A model generated the notes under the pieces. That model did not search any database and was not told where the DNA came from. It was given only the letters and a program-made list of their open reading frames with translations. Positions 40,681 to 49,218 of a DNA stretch of 64,000 nt are shown here, piece after piece (positions within the stretch are counted from its first letter, which is position 1; each line of letters opens with the position of its first letter). The position numbers and the translations under genes were made by a program. The DNA comes from Gemmiger formicilis (GTDB lineage: Bacteria > Bacillota_I > Bacilli_A > RFN20 > CAG-826). Where the stretch lies: positions 3,439 through 67,438 of the forward strand of contig CAVDWX010000092.1 in the NCBI GenBank assembly GCA_963612735.1. The letters are read 5' to 3'.

Positions 40681-41589
40681 TTACTCTTCCTCTGTTCCTT
40701 CATTCTCTTCAAACGACTCCTCCGCCGTTTGGTCGGCTCCGTCGTCTTCTTTCATATCTTCAATTTTATCTAAAATTTCTTCGATTTGAATTTGGTCAAA
40801 GTTGAATTTTTGAAGCCAATTTACTCCATATTTCGCAGCAAAACGTATCATTAGAATACCAAAACGTTCCCAAAATGATTCAATATTCATACATTTAGAG
40901 TCTTTCGCCAAATTAATTATATCATCAGTTACTATCTCAAACCATTCTTCATCATCTTCCGGTATCTCAATTCCTTCGACAGGTGGACAATCTAAGAAGT
41001 GATTAATCAACCATTCAAAGTAATCTCTGTTATCATTCTCGGTCATAAGTTTCTCGAATAATAAATCACTAAAAAATGACATATAGGCATCCTCAAAGTC
41101 TTTTAAGAATGTATCAATTTTAACATAAGGTACATCAAAACTATGCCATTTAAAACTTTTTTTAGTTAATAATTTTACTTTCATGCGGTCTTCGTTAACT
41201 GTATCAACTGAATAGCCTGTTAAAAGTACTTTATGTTGATTCCAATATACGGTAATACAGAATTGCACATCATTGCCCATAACTCTTACTAAAGAGATAC
41301 CATCTTTCGGCTTAAAGCAAGAAATTGTCGGTTTTTCAGACATATATTTGCAACCAAAAATAAGATAATTCATAAATATAGTTAACCAATCCGCACGATA
41401 CTTTATATCTTCGGGAATCGGTACGGTCTTTGGTTCGCTATCTTCGCCATCTTCATCTTCTTCAACGTATTCTACAGTTGCACCATTTCGTAAAATGGAA
41501 TACACAAAGAACGTAAGTATTAAAAACACAAATATTAATATAATTGGAAACGCATATTCGTTCATAAATGTTAAATAGTAATAATTCAT
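40681..41589 (-). CDS. membrane-anchored protein with acidic C-terminal tail
   Basis: N-terminal TM segment FPIILIFVFLILTFFVYSIL. Ends DDGADQTAEESFEENEGTEEE. Confidence 0.45.
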   Translation of the reverse strand: MNYYYLTFMNEYAFPIILIFVFLILTFFVYSILRNGATVEYVEEDEDGEDSEPKTVPIPEDIKYRADWLTIFMNYLIFGCKYMSEKPTISCFKPKDGISLVRVMGNDVQFCITVYWNQHKVLLTGYSVDTVNEDRMKVKLLTKKSFKWHSFDVPYVKIDTFLKDFEDAYMSFFSDLLFEKLMTENDNRDYFEWLINHFLDCPPVEGIEIPEDDEEWFEIVTDDIINLAKDSKCMNIESFWERFGILMIRFAAKYGVNWLQKFNFDQIQIEEILDKIEDMKEDDGADQTAEESFEENEGTEEE

Positions 41590-41616
41590 TCCTTTTCCTC
41601 CTTCATTACATACTAT

Positions 41617-41645
41617 ATTATACTAAACTTTTTACTCTTTGTCAA
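41617..41645 (-). promoter_or_regulatory. sigma70 consensus promoter
   Basis: cttgacaaagagtaaaaagtttagtataatat on the minus strand. Confidence 0.65.
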
Positions 41646-42264
41646 GTAAATTGTTCACTTTTTCCGGCATCAAGTACTGCGGAGAAATTTTCCATTGGTA
41701 GCAAAATGCATCTGCGCCGGCTGTGAAGTGATACTTGCCATTGCGGGCTAAAAGCCCGTGTTCAAGCATCCAATTACTCATTCGGCTTACATCGCCTTGT
41801 TCACTACCAATAATAGTATGTAGACGTTCAATTCCACCTGCCCATCCGCTATTAAAAATAGTGTCATAGTAAAAGTAGGCGGCAAAAAGTTTAAAATATG
41901 AACCAGCCGTTTGTCTATTGAAGTGAGTTAGCAATAAATCCACCACGCGGTCAAAAGTTTCCATCGGCATTAGAACGATTGATGTATCCACTTGCCAAAT
42001 TATCGGCTCTTTTAAACGTGCGCGCCAACGGCTTAATGATGAGTTAGTTAATTGCATATTAGCGTAACACAGTCTCTTACTGTCGGGCACTATGCGGAAA
42101 CGGCAATCCTTCGGTGCGAAACTACTTTCATATTCAATTGCGGATGCTCGCAAGGCCATCATAAATGTTAAATAATCACGTTTGTATAAAGTCCAGTCGG
42201 TGTCTACGATAGGAAGGTATGGAAGATTGGTTTTGTATTTATAAAAAGTGTTATTAGTGTTCAT
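41632..42264 (-). CDS. hypothetical protein (210 aa)
   Basis: Intact ORF with no strong own promoter. Likely co-transcribed with the upstream structured RNA. Confidence 0.4.
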   Translation of the reverse strand: MNTNNTFYKYKTNLPYLPIVDTDWTLYKRDYLTFMMALRASAIEYESSFAPKDCRFRIVPDSKRLCYANMQLTNSSLSRWRARLKEPIIWQVDTSIVLMPMETFDRVVDLLLTHFNRQTAGSYFKLFAAYFYYDTIFNSGWAGGIERLHTIIGSEQGDVSRMSNWMLEHGLLARNGKYHFTAGADAFCYQWKISPQYLMPEKVNNLLDKE

Positions 42265-42469
42265 AGAAAATCTCCTGTGTTATATTATGTAAACCACAAA
42301 TTGTATTATATAAGATAACAAGGTCATGGACTGCTAGACACATTTTGAAGTTTATTTAATTGTGTTTTCGTGTTATCTTATCTTATTCTTAGTGATATAC
42401 ATTTTCATTTTAATCCGTTTTTGATAAAAAGTCCATTTTGAGTTAAGTAGTTGTTCTGCGTAGCGCGGA

Positions 42470-42720
42470 ACCCCTAGGTGGAGCGCGAGCTACGCATGTA
42501 AGTGATGTTAGCACGGTGCGAGCGCAGCTCAGCAACGACCGCAACGCGGGCGTAGTTCCTTCCTGCGGAGCAAGGAAGGTCGGATGGATACGAAGAGTGC
42601 GGCGGCAGGCGCACTCGTAGTAAAGTGAAGCGAGCCAAGTGTATCGTTCTAATCGTTCGCTCCAATGCTTAGAAGAACGTCAAGGAAGGAAAGACCATAA
42701 ATGGCCTTCCCCCTTAACTA
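42470..42720 (-). ncRNA. GC-rich structured noncoding RNA candidate with two upstream 16-bp direct repeats
   Basis: Multiple strong hairpins: gcgtagc...gctacgc, ccttcctgcggagcaaggaagg, gagtgcggcggcaggcgcactc, ggaaggaaagaccataaatggccttcc. Upstream on the minus strand: tagaatttcacagcgc x2 and a TTGACA -35-like element. The only ORF, 42474..42665, is an artefact. Confidence 0.4.
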
Positions 42721-42785
42721 TCTAAGCAATTCTATCATGTCAAGCGCTGTGAAATTCTAACCATCACATCGGGCGCTGTGAAATT

Positions 42786-43235
42786 CTAGCCATTGGCGCC
42801 GCTGGCTTCCTTCGTCTTCAAACGGCTTATCACCTTTGCGCGCTTTTCTGCCATCAATGCGGCCTTAGCAGCCGCCTCAGCCTCACGAGCCTTTGCCTTT
42901 GCAGCCTTACTTGCTACTTCATCATCGTAAGCATTTGCCGCCTCAAATGGGTCGTAATCAAGTGCCTTGATAGTATTTTTTAGTTCTCAGCTAATTGTAT
43001 AACCGGTAGCTTCATTTTCAATAACGAAAACAATACCTTCCTTCGTCACTAAAATATCTACTTCATCACCATACATCTGCTTGAGGTCATCTACCAAGGC
43101 AGCGACTCCTTCGGCGCGTCATTGATTACGGGCTGTTTGTTGAATGGTTTCGGTGCCATTAGCAGTGATATTGGTTGGTAGGGCACCTAACGAAGCTATT
43201 TGGCGGCAAAAAGACGTAAACTTTAATTCATTCAT
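42786..43235 (-). CDS. hypothetical protein (149 aa, Ala/Lys-rich C-terminus)
   Basis: Hand-translated single frame MNELKFTSFCRQIASLGALPTNITANGTETIQQTARNQWRAEGVAALVDDLKQMYGDEVDILVTKEGIVFVIENEATGYTISWELKNTIKALDYDPFEAANAYDDEVASKAAKAKAREAEAAAKAALMAEKRAKVISRLKTKEASGANG with two TGA=Trp codons. RBS aggagaa. Confidence 0.5.
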
Positions 43236-43315
43236 TAACTTGGTTCTCCTTTCTTATCTTAAAAAAGGAAGGCAGGAATTAAATCCTCCTCCCAATTAGT
43301 GTTTTAGGTTCAATT

Positions 43316-43585
43316 CTATAGATAAAATTTCTTACCGCTATGTTTAGCTCCGCAAGTAGGACAAACATCTTCGTATTCCTCAACATTTACGTTAATTACT
43401 TCGATGTCACCTGCTTCAAGAATACCATCTGCTACCTTTTTAGCTTTAGTACGGATGCTAGTCATTGTACCAGCTGCGATACCAAGTTCCTTTAAAGTTA
43501 AATGTTCTCCTCTGTTAGCTTTTAAAGCTTCGATTGCTGCAAGTTCTTTTTCAGTGTAACTTAAAACTGTTTGTTTGTTTGCCAT
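43316..43585 (-). CDS. small winged-helix-like DNA-binding protein with C-terminal zinc ribbon (paralog family member)
   Basis: LTLKELGIAAGTMTSIRTKAKKVADGILEAGDI resembles the recognition region of the other three paralogs. Ends CPTCGAKHSGK. Confidence 0.45.
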   Translation of the reverse strand: MANKQTVLSYTEKELAAIEALKANRGEHLTLKELGIAAGTMTSIRTKAKKVADGILEAGDIEVINVNVEEYEDVCPTCGAKHSGKKFYL

Positions 43586-43587
43586 AG

Positions 43588-43899
43588 TTATTTGTCTTCC
43601 TTTCTATTAATCATTTGATAATCCGTATTTGGCGTCACGGATGGGCTTATCTGAATTAGCCATTCCCCTGACTCATTCAAACTCGCTGTTATAGAAGGAG
43701 CAGTAAGGCCATCAGGAGAAACCACCACTACGGATGCCGATGGTTTGAATCGTTTAAGAATTTGAATAAGTTGTTTGTTTGTCATAGTACTAACTAACAT
43801 ACTATCATATTGTCTCCCTCCTATAACGTTTTGAGGATATTTAGTTCGCTCCTCATAGCTAAGTCGAGGATAAGGTAGGGACCTCGGCTTACTTATCAA
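43588..43899 (-). CDS. hypothetical protein (start ambiguous; the shorter form MLVSTMTNK from about 43800 has RBS GGAGGGAG)
   Basis: ORF in GC-rich leader context. Confidence 0.35.
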   Translation of the reverse strand: MISKPRSLPYPRLSYEERTKYPQNVIGGRQYDSMLVSTMTNKQLIQILKRFKPSASVVVVSPDGLTAPSITASLNESGEWLIQISPSVTPNTDYQMINRKEDK

Positions 43900-44225
43900 G
43901 AGGCAAGGATTTACGTGGACTAATCACGACCTTGCTAGTGTAGACTTGCTATCTCGAAGTGCTTCACTACTACTCCGGTGGTAACCCCACAATTGCTCCA
44001 CTGGTTTGTCGACGTGGGGTAAGGCGGTATGGTCGTAAGTGACCTAACTCGTCAATTGAAATCAATGCAATAACTCCGAAGATGTTTATCGCTCGAAATT
44101 AACTTCCAATTGCTCGCTTCTAGTAAGAGCTAACTGCGCGTTCTCGCCGCTGACTCACGAATGGTATCTTATCGGTCATACCATTAGACCGTGACGATAA
44201 GACTTGAAGATTATCTTAACTTATC
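43810..44225 (-). promoter_or_regulatory. roughly 400-nt GC-elevated structured 5' leader / candidate ncRNA
   Basis: Lies between the promoter at 44243..44271 and the gene at 43588.. Inverted repeat aatggtatgaccgataagataccatt and long-range ccccac...gtgggg pairing. Confidence 0.35.
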
Positions 44226-44242
44226 TTATCATTTACATAAAT

Positions 44243-44271
44243 AGTATACTAAAAGTTTGGCGTTTTGTCAA
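44243..44271 (-). promoter_or_regulatory. sigma70 promoter (TTGACA-17-TATACT)
   Basis: cttgacaaaacgccaaacttttagtatact on the minus strand. Confidence 0.6.
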
Positions 44272-44293
44272 GAAATTTTTTCTAATTCTCGCC

Positions 44294-44785
44294 TTATTCA
44301 GCATCACGTGCGGCTAAGGCATAAGTACCAACCTTTTTCTTAACTGTACAAGGCACTTCAACTTCACCAGCCACGGTTACATTTCCTTTTGTAACTAAGC
44401 CATTGACGTTTCCGCTGATAAGTGGCTTGCCAACTAATTCACTAAGTTGAGCTAGTGTAAGCGGCTCTGCGGCGTCCTTTAATGCAACTAGAATGCTTTT
44501 TTCGGCATCTGTGTAATTGCATACTTTGCCAGTTGCAGGATTAGTTTGAACGGCATCAGTGACTAGTTGATACACTTTATTTGAACGCTTAGAAGCGACT
44601 TCCGCTGCCACTTGTCCGGCGTTGTAAATAAGTCCACGCTTAATTAAACCAGAGATGTGACCGGGAGTGATAGCTACGCCGGCACGTTCGTTTAATTCAG
44701 CAATAGTAAGCGGTCTATCAGATGCGGCCAAAACTTCTAATACGGCCTTTGCAGATTCAGTTAATGGTGTTAAATTTTTACTCAT
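44294..44785 (-). CDS. tandem double winged-helix DNA-binding protein (paralog family member)
   Basis: Two repeats: PLTIAELNERAGVAITPGHISGLIKRGLIYN and PLTLAQLSELVGKPLISGNVNGLVTKGNVTV. Confidence 0.5.
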   Translation of the reverse strand: MSKNLTPLTESAKAVLEVLAASDRPLTIAELNERAGVAITPGHISGLIKRGLIYNAGQVAAEVASKRSNKVYQLVTDAVQTNPATGKVCNYTDAEKSILVALKDAAEPLTLAQLSELVGKPLISGNVNGLVTKGNVTVAGEVEVPCTVKKKVGTYALAARDAE

Positions 44786-44862
44786 AATAATTTTTCTCCT
44801 TCTGGCGACTCTTGGCTCGCCTGACCAAATTTAATTTTTTTCTTATCTTTAATTACAATAAT

Positions 44863-44891
44863 ATTATACTAAATGATTAGCAATTTGTCAA
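44863..44891 (-). promoter_or_regulatory. sigma70 consensus promoter
   Basis: cttgacaaattgctaatcatttagtataatat on the minus strand. Confidence 0.65.
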
Positions 44892-44924
44892 GAAAATCGC
44901 TCCATTAATTGTTAAATTTTTCGG

Positions 44925-45020
44925 ACGGCAAGTAGAATATGAATTAAGGAGGTAACATATGAAGCGCCGTCCGCAGTAAGAAGATTTTCTTTTAAGGTTC
45001 TTTTATCATCTTTCTTACAA
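44925..45020 (-). ncRNA. short promoter-proximal RNA candidate with two stem-loops (contains a 6-codon plus-strand mini-ORF with strong RBS)
   Basis: Downstream of the promoter at 45025..45053 and upstream of the next promoter. Stems gtaagaaag/cttcttac and gcggacggc/gccgtccg. The plus strand has aaggaggtaacatATGAAGCGCCGTCCGCAGTAA. Confidence 0.25.
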
Positions 45021-45024
45021 TAAT

Positions 45025-45053
45025 ATTATACTAAATGATTGACGTTTTGTCAA
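45025..45053 (-). promoter_or_regulatory. sigma70 consensus promoter
   Basis: cttgacaaaacgtcaatcatttagtataatat on the minus strand. Confidence 0.65.
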
Positions 45054-45212
45054 GAAATTTGTTCGGCAAATGAAAAATTTTTGCGCGACGAACTAAAACC
45101 AAAGACGTCATAGGCTCACTTCAATAGCCGCGCAGATAAAATTGCTGCCGGGAAATGCGCAGATTACTGCCAAACGCTCCAAGAAGGTGCCGGCAAACCG
45201 CGCCCAATCATG

Positions 45213-45290
45213 TGAATCCTATGACAACATAAATTTTAAATCAACATAAATTTTAAATCAACATAAATTTTAAATCAACATAAATTTTAA
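45213..45290. repeat. 17-bp tandem direct repeat x4.5 (aacataaattttaaatc)
   Basis: catgtgaatcctatgacAACATAAATTTTAAATCAACATAAATTTTAAATCAACATAAATTTTAAATCAACATAAATTTTAAATCCacg. Confidence 0.85.
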
Positions 45291-45685
45291 ATCCACGTAG
45301 GCCTATAACTTTGTTGCTGCTGCTCAACTTTATGAAAACGTTTTCATTGCCCTATGCTGAATGTAGATAGCATAAGTACTATTAACTAGCCCGAGTACCA
45401 TTGCCAAGCAACCTTTGGAATGTTACTTCTACATCTGCAAAAAGTGAGCAAATGGCTTGACAAGATGTGGAAAATGTGCTATAATATTATTATAGCTGCT
45501 GCTGCTAATAAGTATCACACTGACCTAGGCACCACAAGTTTGCGGCGCCCCGCCCTCTCCGGCGTCCGGGCATATTTTGTAAACGCTTTCATTTTAATGT
45601 AAACGCTTTCATCGTATGCTTTAATTATGAAAACGTTTTCATAACCATCCTTCCGTCTGCCTCTTACATATGTGCAAAAAGAGAC

Positions 45686-45976
45686 TTATTCAGTCTCTTT
45701 CACTAATGTATATGCCTTAACAGTATTAGTCTTTTCGCCGATTTTGACACCTTTAAAATATACATCGCATACTATTTTGGTGTCTTCAGATATTACTAAA
45801 CCACGCTTTACTAAGGCAGTTACCACGCCACTAGCATATCTAATGCCAGTATCTACTTCAATTTCCATTAAAGTAACAGGATAATTATATCCCTCTAAGA
45901 CAGTTAAGAACGCTTTTTGATTGTCATTTGGTTTCCATACTTTTTCATTTTTGTTTACATTTATTGTTTTCATCAT
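45686..45976 (-). CDS. small winged-helix DNA-binding protein (paralog family member; candidate regulator flanked by palindromic sites)
   Basis: NQKAFLTVLEGYNYPVTLMEIEVDTGIRYASGVVTALVKRGLVI closely parallels 48292..48594. Confidence 0.55.
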   Translation of the reverse strand: MMKTINVNKNEKVWKPNDNQKAFLTVLEGYNYPVTLMEIEVDTGIRYASGVVTALVKRGLVISEDTKIVCDVYFKGVKIGEKTNTVKAYTLVKETE

Positions 45977-46016
45977 TTTAAATTACCTTTTACCTTTCTT
46001 TTTTATTTACACTAAT

Positions 46017-46045
46017 ATTATATCATAGTTTGGTGGCAAAGTCAA
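46017..46045 (-). promoter_or_regulatory. sigma70 promoter (TTGACT-17-TATAAT), class B (-10 context tgaTATAATatta)
   Basis: cttgactttgccaccaaactatgatataatatt on the minus strand. Confidence 0.6.
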
Positions 46046-46552
46046 GAAAAATGTTCTAAAATTTTTATTTTCTTTTTTTCATAAAATTCCTTTTCCTATC
46101 ACCTAACTACAATAATATTATACCACAAAAAGCTCAACTTGTCAACCCATAAACTTATGAAAACGTTTTCCTATCTTTAAGACTTGCTATTCTTGCTGCT
46201 GTAAAAAAATGAAAGCGCTTTCATCTTGCTGCTGCTGCTTTTTCATAAAATGAAAACGTTTTCACGCCGTCGCCACGCGGGCGCGGCATATATATCAAAA
46301 ATTTATGGCTTTATGGTTATATGTATATACATATTTATGTATTGGACATCCGATTTTTGCGTCGAAAAAGGCAGACGGAAGTGAAAAAATCTCCTAAAAC
46401 ATATTAAATTTTAGGAGAAAACGTGAAAAAAGTAAGCGAAAACGTGCAGTTTTAAGTAAAAATGTTGCTGCTGCTGCTTCAAAAATGTTAAAAAGGTGGG
46501 AGAAAGGGGAGGGATAGGAGGGGAAAGGCAGACGGAAGTGGCGAGCAAATTG

Positions 46553-46581
46553 GTTGACAAAGGGAAAGAAAGGGTGTATAA
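46553..46581 (+). promoter_or_regulatory. plus-strand sigma70 consensus promoter inside the control region (antisense to early genes)
   Basis: TTGACAaagggaaagaaagggtgTATAAT with GGCAGACGGAAGTGG 13 nt upstream. A second TTGACA follows at 46601. Confidence 0.5.
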
Positions 46582-46639
46582 TGGCAGACGGAAATGGCAC
46601 TTGACAAAACGGAAATTTCCGTCTACGCAGACGGAAAGG

Positions 46640-46668
46640 GTAAAATAAAAAAGGTCCACTAGGGACCT
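46640..46668 (-). terminator. rho-independent terminator
   Basis: Minus strand ggtccctagtggacc followed by TTTTTTATTTTACC. Confidence 0.6.
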
Positions 46669-46858
46669 GAACCTGTCACGTAGGTATCTTACGACCCGTT
46701 CTTAAGGCAAATGTAGTTTTAGCCAATTATCTTTATTAAGGCAAACAATTAAACCCGATTTATTTTGGTGAAATCTTCCCCTATTTTTGAACGATGAATA
46801 GTAACGTTTGTCCTTTTGTTGAGGATTGGACGTAGCCCCAACCTTTAATTATATTAAT

Positions 46859-46887
46859 ATTATATCATATTTATTTAACTTTGTCAA
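46859..46887 (-). promoter_or_regulatory. class B sigma70 promoter with upstream CAGACGGAAG element; no ORF before the terminator at 46640 (about 200-nt noncoding transcript)
   Basis: cttgacaaagttaaataaatatgatataatatt on the minus strand, with aatcagacggaagtaaac 16 nt upstream of the -35. Confidence 0.55.
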
Positions 46888-46914
46888 GAGAAAGATTGTT
46901 TACTTCCGTCTGAT

Positions 46915-47382
46915 TTATTTTTCTATCATACCAAAATATTTTTCTTGAGTCCAACCATTCCAACCGAATGTCAACAAATATTTTCGATAATGTCTATAAT
47001 TACTATATTCATAACTTTCAGTTTGATAAGAAGAGCCATTACGTATTAAACCATTACATTTCCAACCTAATTCTTTTAGAGTATTTTCAATTTGATTTGG
47101 GGAATATTTGTTATCAAGCTCTATGAAGCCATCAAGTTTTTCTTTGGCTTGATTAATTTTTGTTTGAATATATTCTTTTAAATCTTCTTCCATTATTTCT
47201 TTTTCACATTCAGCAAGTAAAATTAAAGCTCTGTTTTTGGCAATTTCCATTCCTATTAATTCATTAAACTTATCTTGTGGACTACATACAGCAATACCCT
47301 TTAATTCGCATTTGCCTACTTTAATAGTAGCAACAACCTTTCTTTCTTCTTTTAAAATTTGATAACTAATTTGTTTTTCCAT
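46915..47382 (-). CDS. hypothetical protein (155 aa)
   Basis: Intact ORF. Confidence 0.45.
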   Translation of the reverse strand: MEKQISYQILKEERKVVATIKVGKCELKGIAVCSPQDKFNELIGMEIAKNRALILLAECEKEIMEEDLKEYIQTKINQAKEKLDGFIELDNKYSPNQIENTLKELGWKCNGLIRNGSSYQTESYEYSNYRHYRKYLLTFGWNGWTQEKYFGMIEK

Positions 47383-47419
47383 TTTTCTAACCTACCTTTT
47401 CTTTTTTATTTACATTAAT

Positions 47420-47448
47420 ATTATATCATATTTTAATATTCTTGTCAA
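47420..47448 (-). promoter_or_regulatory. class B sigma70 promoter with upstream CAGACGGACAAGG element
   Basis: cttgacaagaatattaaaatatgatataatattaa on the minus strand. Confidence 0.6.
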
Positions 47449-47480
47449 GTATTTTAACTACCTTGTCCGTCTGAGACCGC

Positions 47481-48251
47481 TTACCCTTTATAGGTAATAC
47501 GGTCACCACGAACGAATGATTTCTTATAATCAAACTCTACAACATTTCCGTCTGGCAATACTATCACTTGGTGGAACACTTTTTCAGATGCAACTCTTTT
47601 TGCCTTCGGTAATGCTCTAGTTATGTCGGCGTTTCTTCTAATGCATTCTAATAATATTTCCGTCTCCCATTGCACATCACTTAATGCGGTGTGGTCTTCT
47701 TCAAACTCTTTATTATTAAATAAGTATCTTACTACGCTCTCAACTGTGCTACTAATATAAAAGCCCGTTGCGGTGAACTCTTCCGTCTGAGTCGCCCACT
47801 CTTTATATTCCTTTGTATTAATAATAAATTCATATGCATACGCCCAAATATCAAATATTGGTAGTCCTTCTAAAGGGTTTGCAATCCCTAATCCGTCTGC
47901 TGTGCGTTTGAATTTGTCAACATCAAAGTCACAGTTATATGCATAGCCAAATAATACATTATATTTTTTAATATCGTTTGTCATAGTAGTAAATACTTGC
48001 TTGATATTTCTTAATGTTATCATTCCGTCTGCCACCAACTTATCATACTTGGTTAGTTTGTTTGCACCTACAAAATCATCATTAAGCATATAAATACGAT
48101 TATTATATAAATCTCTTACCAAATAATCTCTAGCCACTAGTACTTTTCCGTCTGCATGTTGAATATTTATATCAACGATTTTATAACCCACATTTAATAA
48201 GTCTTGACTAACTTTTCCAACTGTTTCAGTATCAAATATTATTACGTTCAT
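47481..48251 (-). CDS. DnaQ-like DEDDh 3'-5' exonuclease
   Basis: Exo I VIIFDTETVGK and Exo III HTALSDVQ. Contains seven co-oriented GCAGACGG-type motif copies at about 100-130 bp spacing, mostly as Ala-Asp-Gly codons. Confidence 0.7.
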   Translation of the reverse strand: MNVIIFDTETVGKVSQDLLNVGYKIVDINIQHADGKVLVARDYLVRDLYNNRIYMLNDDFVGANKLTKYDKLVADGMITLRNIKQVFTTMTNDIKKYNVLFGYAYNCDFDVDKFKRTADGLGIANPLEGLPIFDIWAYAYEFIINTKEYKEWATQTEEFTATGFYISSTVESVVRYLFNNKEFEEDHTALSDVQWETEILLECIRRNADITRALPKAKRVASEKVFHQVIVLPDGNVVEFDYKKSFVRGDRITYKG

Positions 48252-48291
48252 AGTCTTCTCTCCGTCTGCCCGCTTGGGGTTGGGTGCCGAT

Positions 48292-48594
48292 TTACTCGGC
48301 TACCCTTTCAAGATTTGCTAAACTATATTTTTTTACGTGGTCGGTTTTGTGTCCGATAATTGTATCACGATAAACGATATTACTAATTCGGTCAACTTCC
48401 GTTGCTACAATAAGACCACGACCCATTAAAGCGGTCATTACACCAGTTGCAACTTTTACGCCAGTATCAATTTCGATATCTATTAGCATTGCTCCGTCTG
48501 GGTAATTCTTTAGAATTTCTAAAACTTTTGCTTGATTTTCGTTTGGGGCCCATTCCTTTTTAGTTGTTGTTGTTTTTTTGATTTCTTTTGCCAT
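48292..48594 (-). CDS. small winged-helix DNA-binding protein (paralog family member)
   Basis: NQAKVLEILKNYPDGAMLIDIEIDTGVKVATGVMTALMGRGLIV. Confidence 0.55.
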   Translation of the reverse strand: MAKEIKKTTTTKKEWAPNENQAKVLEILKNYPDGAMLIDIEIDTGVKVATGVMTALMGRGLIVATEVDRISNIVYRDTIIGHKTDHVKKYSLANLERVAE

Positions 48595-48599
48595 AATTT

Positions 48600-49215
48600 T
48601 TTACCTACCTTTACTTAAATTTTTTAATGGCTTGGCTACCATTTACATAAATATTATATCATATTTACGTTTATATGTCAAGGGCTTTTGCTTATCTTTT
48701 CCGTCTGCCAATTTTCTTACTTGGCATACCATTGATTAAGTTTATTACCACTTTACACCTAATATTATACATCTTTTAAAGCCATTTGTCAAGGCTTTTA
48801 CTTCCCTTTTCCGTCTGCCGGTCAAGGTTGGTATAGGTGGTTTTTGTTTCGGGATGACCACCAACCCCATATTTATTTTACACTAATATTATATCACATT
48901 TATTTATTTTTGTCAAGCGTTTTATTTTTGCTTTCCGTCTGCCGCCTTTGTGGCTGCTAAACCTTTCTTTTATATAAATATTATATCATAAATAAATTAA
49001 TATGTCAAGCACTTAACTTATCGGCGTCCGTCTGCCTTTGGGTTTAGGCCATTGTGATGTCTATTTAACTCTTGCACTAATATTATACACCTTTTGCATT
49101 TGAAAGTCAAGCAATAAAACTTGCCATTTCCGTCTGCTTCTCTTCTCTTCCGTCTGCGGTAGACGGATAACAAGGCCAACATTTTTTCTTTCCGTCTACC
49201 CTTTTCGGGCGAAGG
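48600..49215 (-). repeat. tandem array of five roughly 105-bp promoter units, each [GCAGACGGAA element]-N13-16-[TTGACA]-N17-[tgaTATAATatta]
   Basis: -10/-35 pairs at 48652..48680, 48764..48792, 48888..48916, 48980..49008 and 49082..49110, each preceded by ggcagacgga(a/c). No ORF separates the units. Three more motif copies in both orientations at 49128-49200. Confidence 0.7.
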
Positions 49216-49218
49216 GGT

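Larger units (their letters stand above)
45325..46275. promoter_or_regulatory. dispersed 16-bp palindromic operator-like sites ATGAAAACGTTTTCAT and half-site variants, plus GCTGCTGCT runs
   Basis: Perfect or near-perfect copies at about 45331, 45637, 46157, 46250 and 51462. Variants gtaaacgctttcat x2 at 45590-45620 and atgaaagcgctttcat at 46213. They flank the wHTH gene 45686..45976. (GCT)n runs at 45311, 45490, 46190, 46232 and 46472. Confidence 0.6.

Noticed and set aside
42474-42665. ORF 42474..42665 (63 aa, Arg/Ser-rich)
   Set aside because: It lies entirely within a GC-rich hairpin-dense noncoding island. Its composition is an artefact of GC-rich sequence and it has no RBS.
45213-45290. 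Possible CRISPR array or ToxIN-type RNA antitoxin repeats (17-bp unit x4.5)
   Set aside because: The repeats are contiguous with no spacers. The unit is too short for CRISPR repeats and there are no cas genes. No downstream endoribonuclease (ToxN/AbiQ-like) gene follows. More consistent with iterons or protein-binding repeats.
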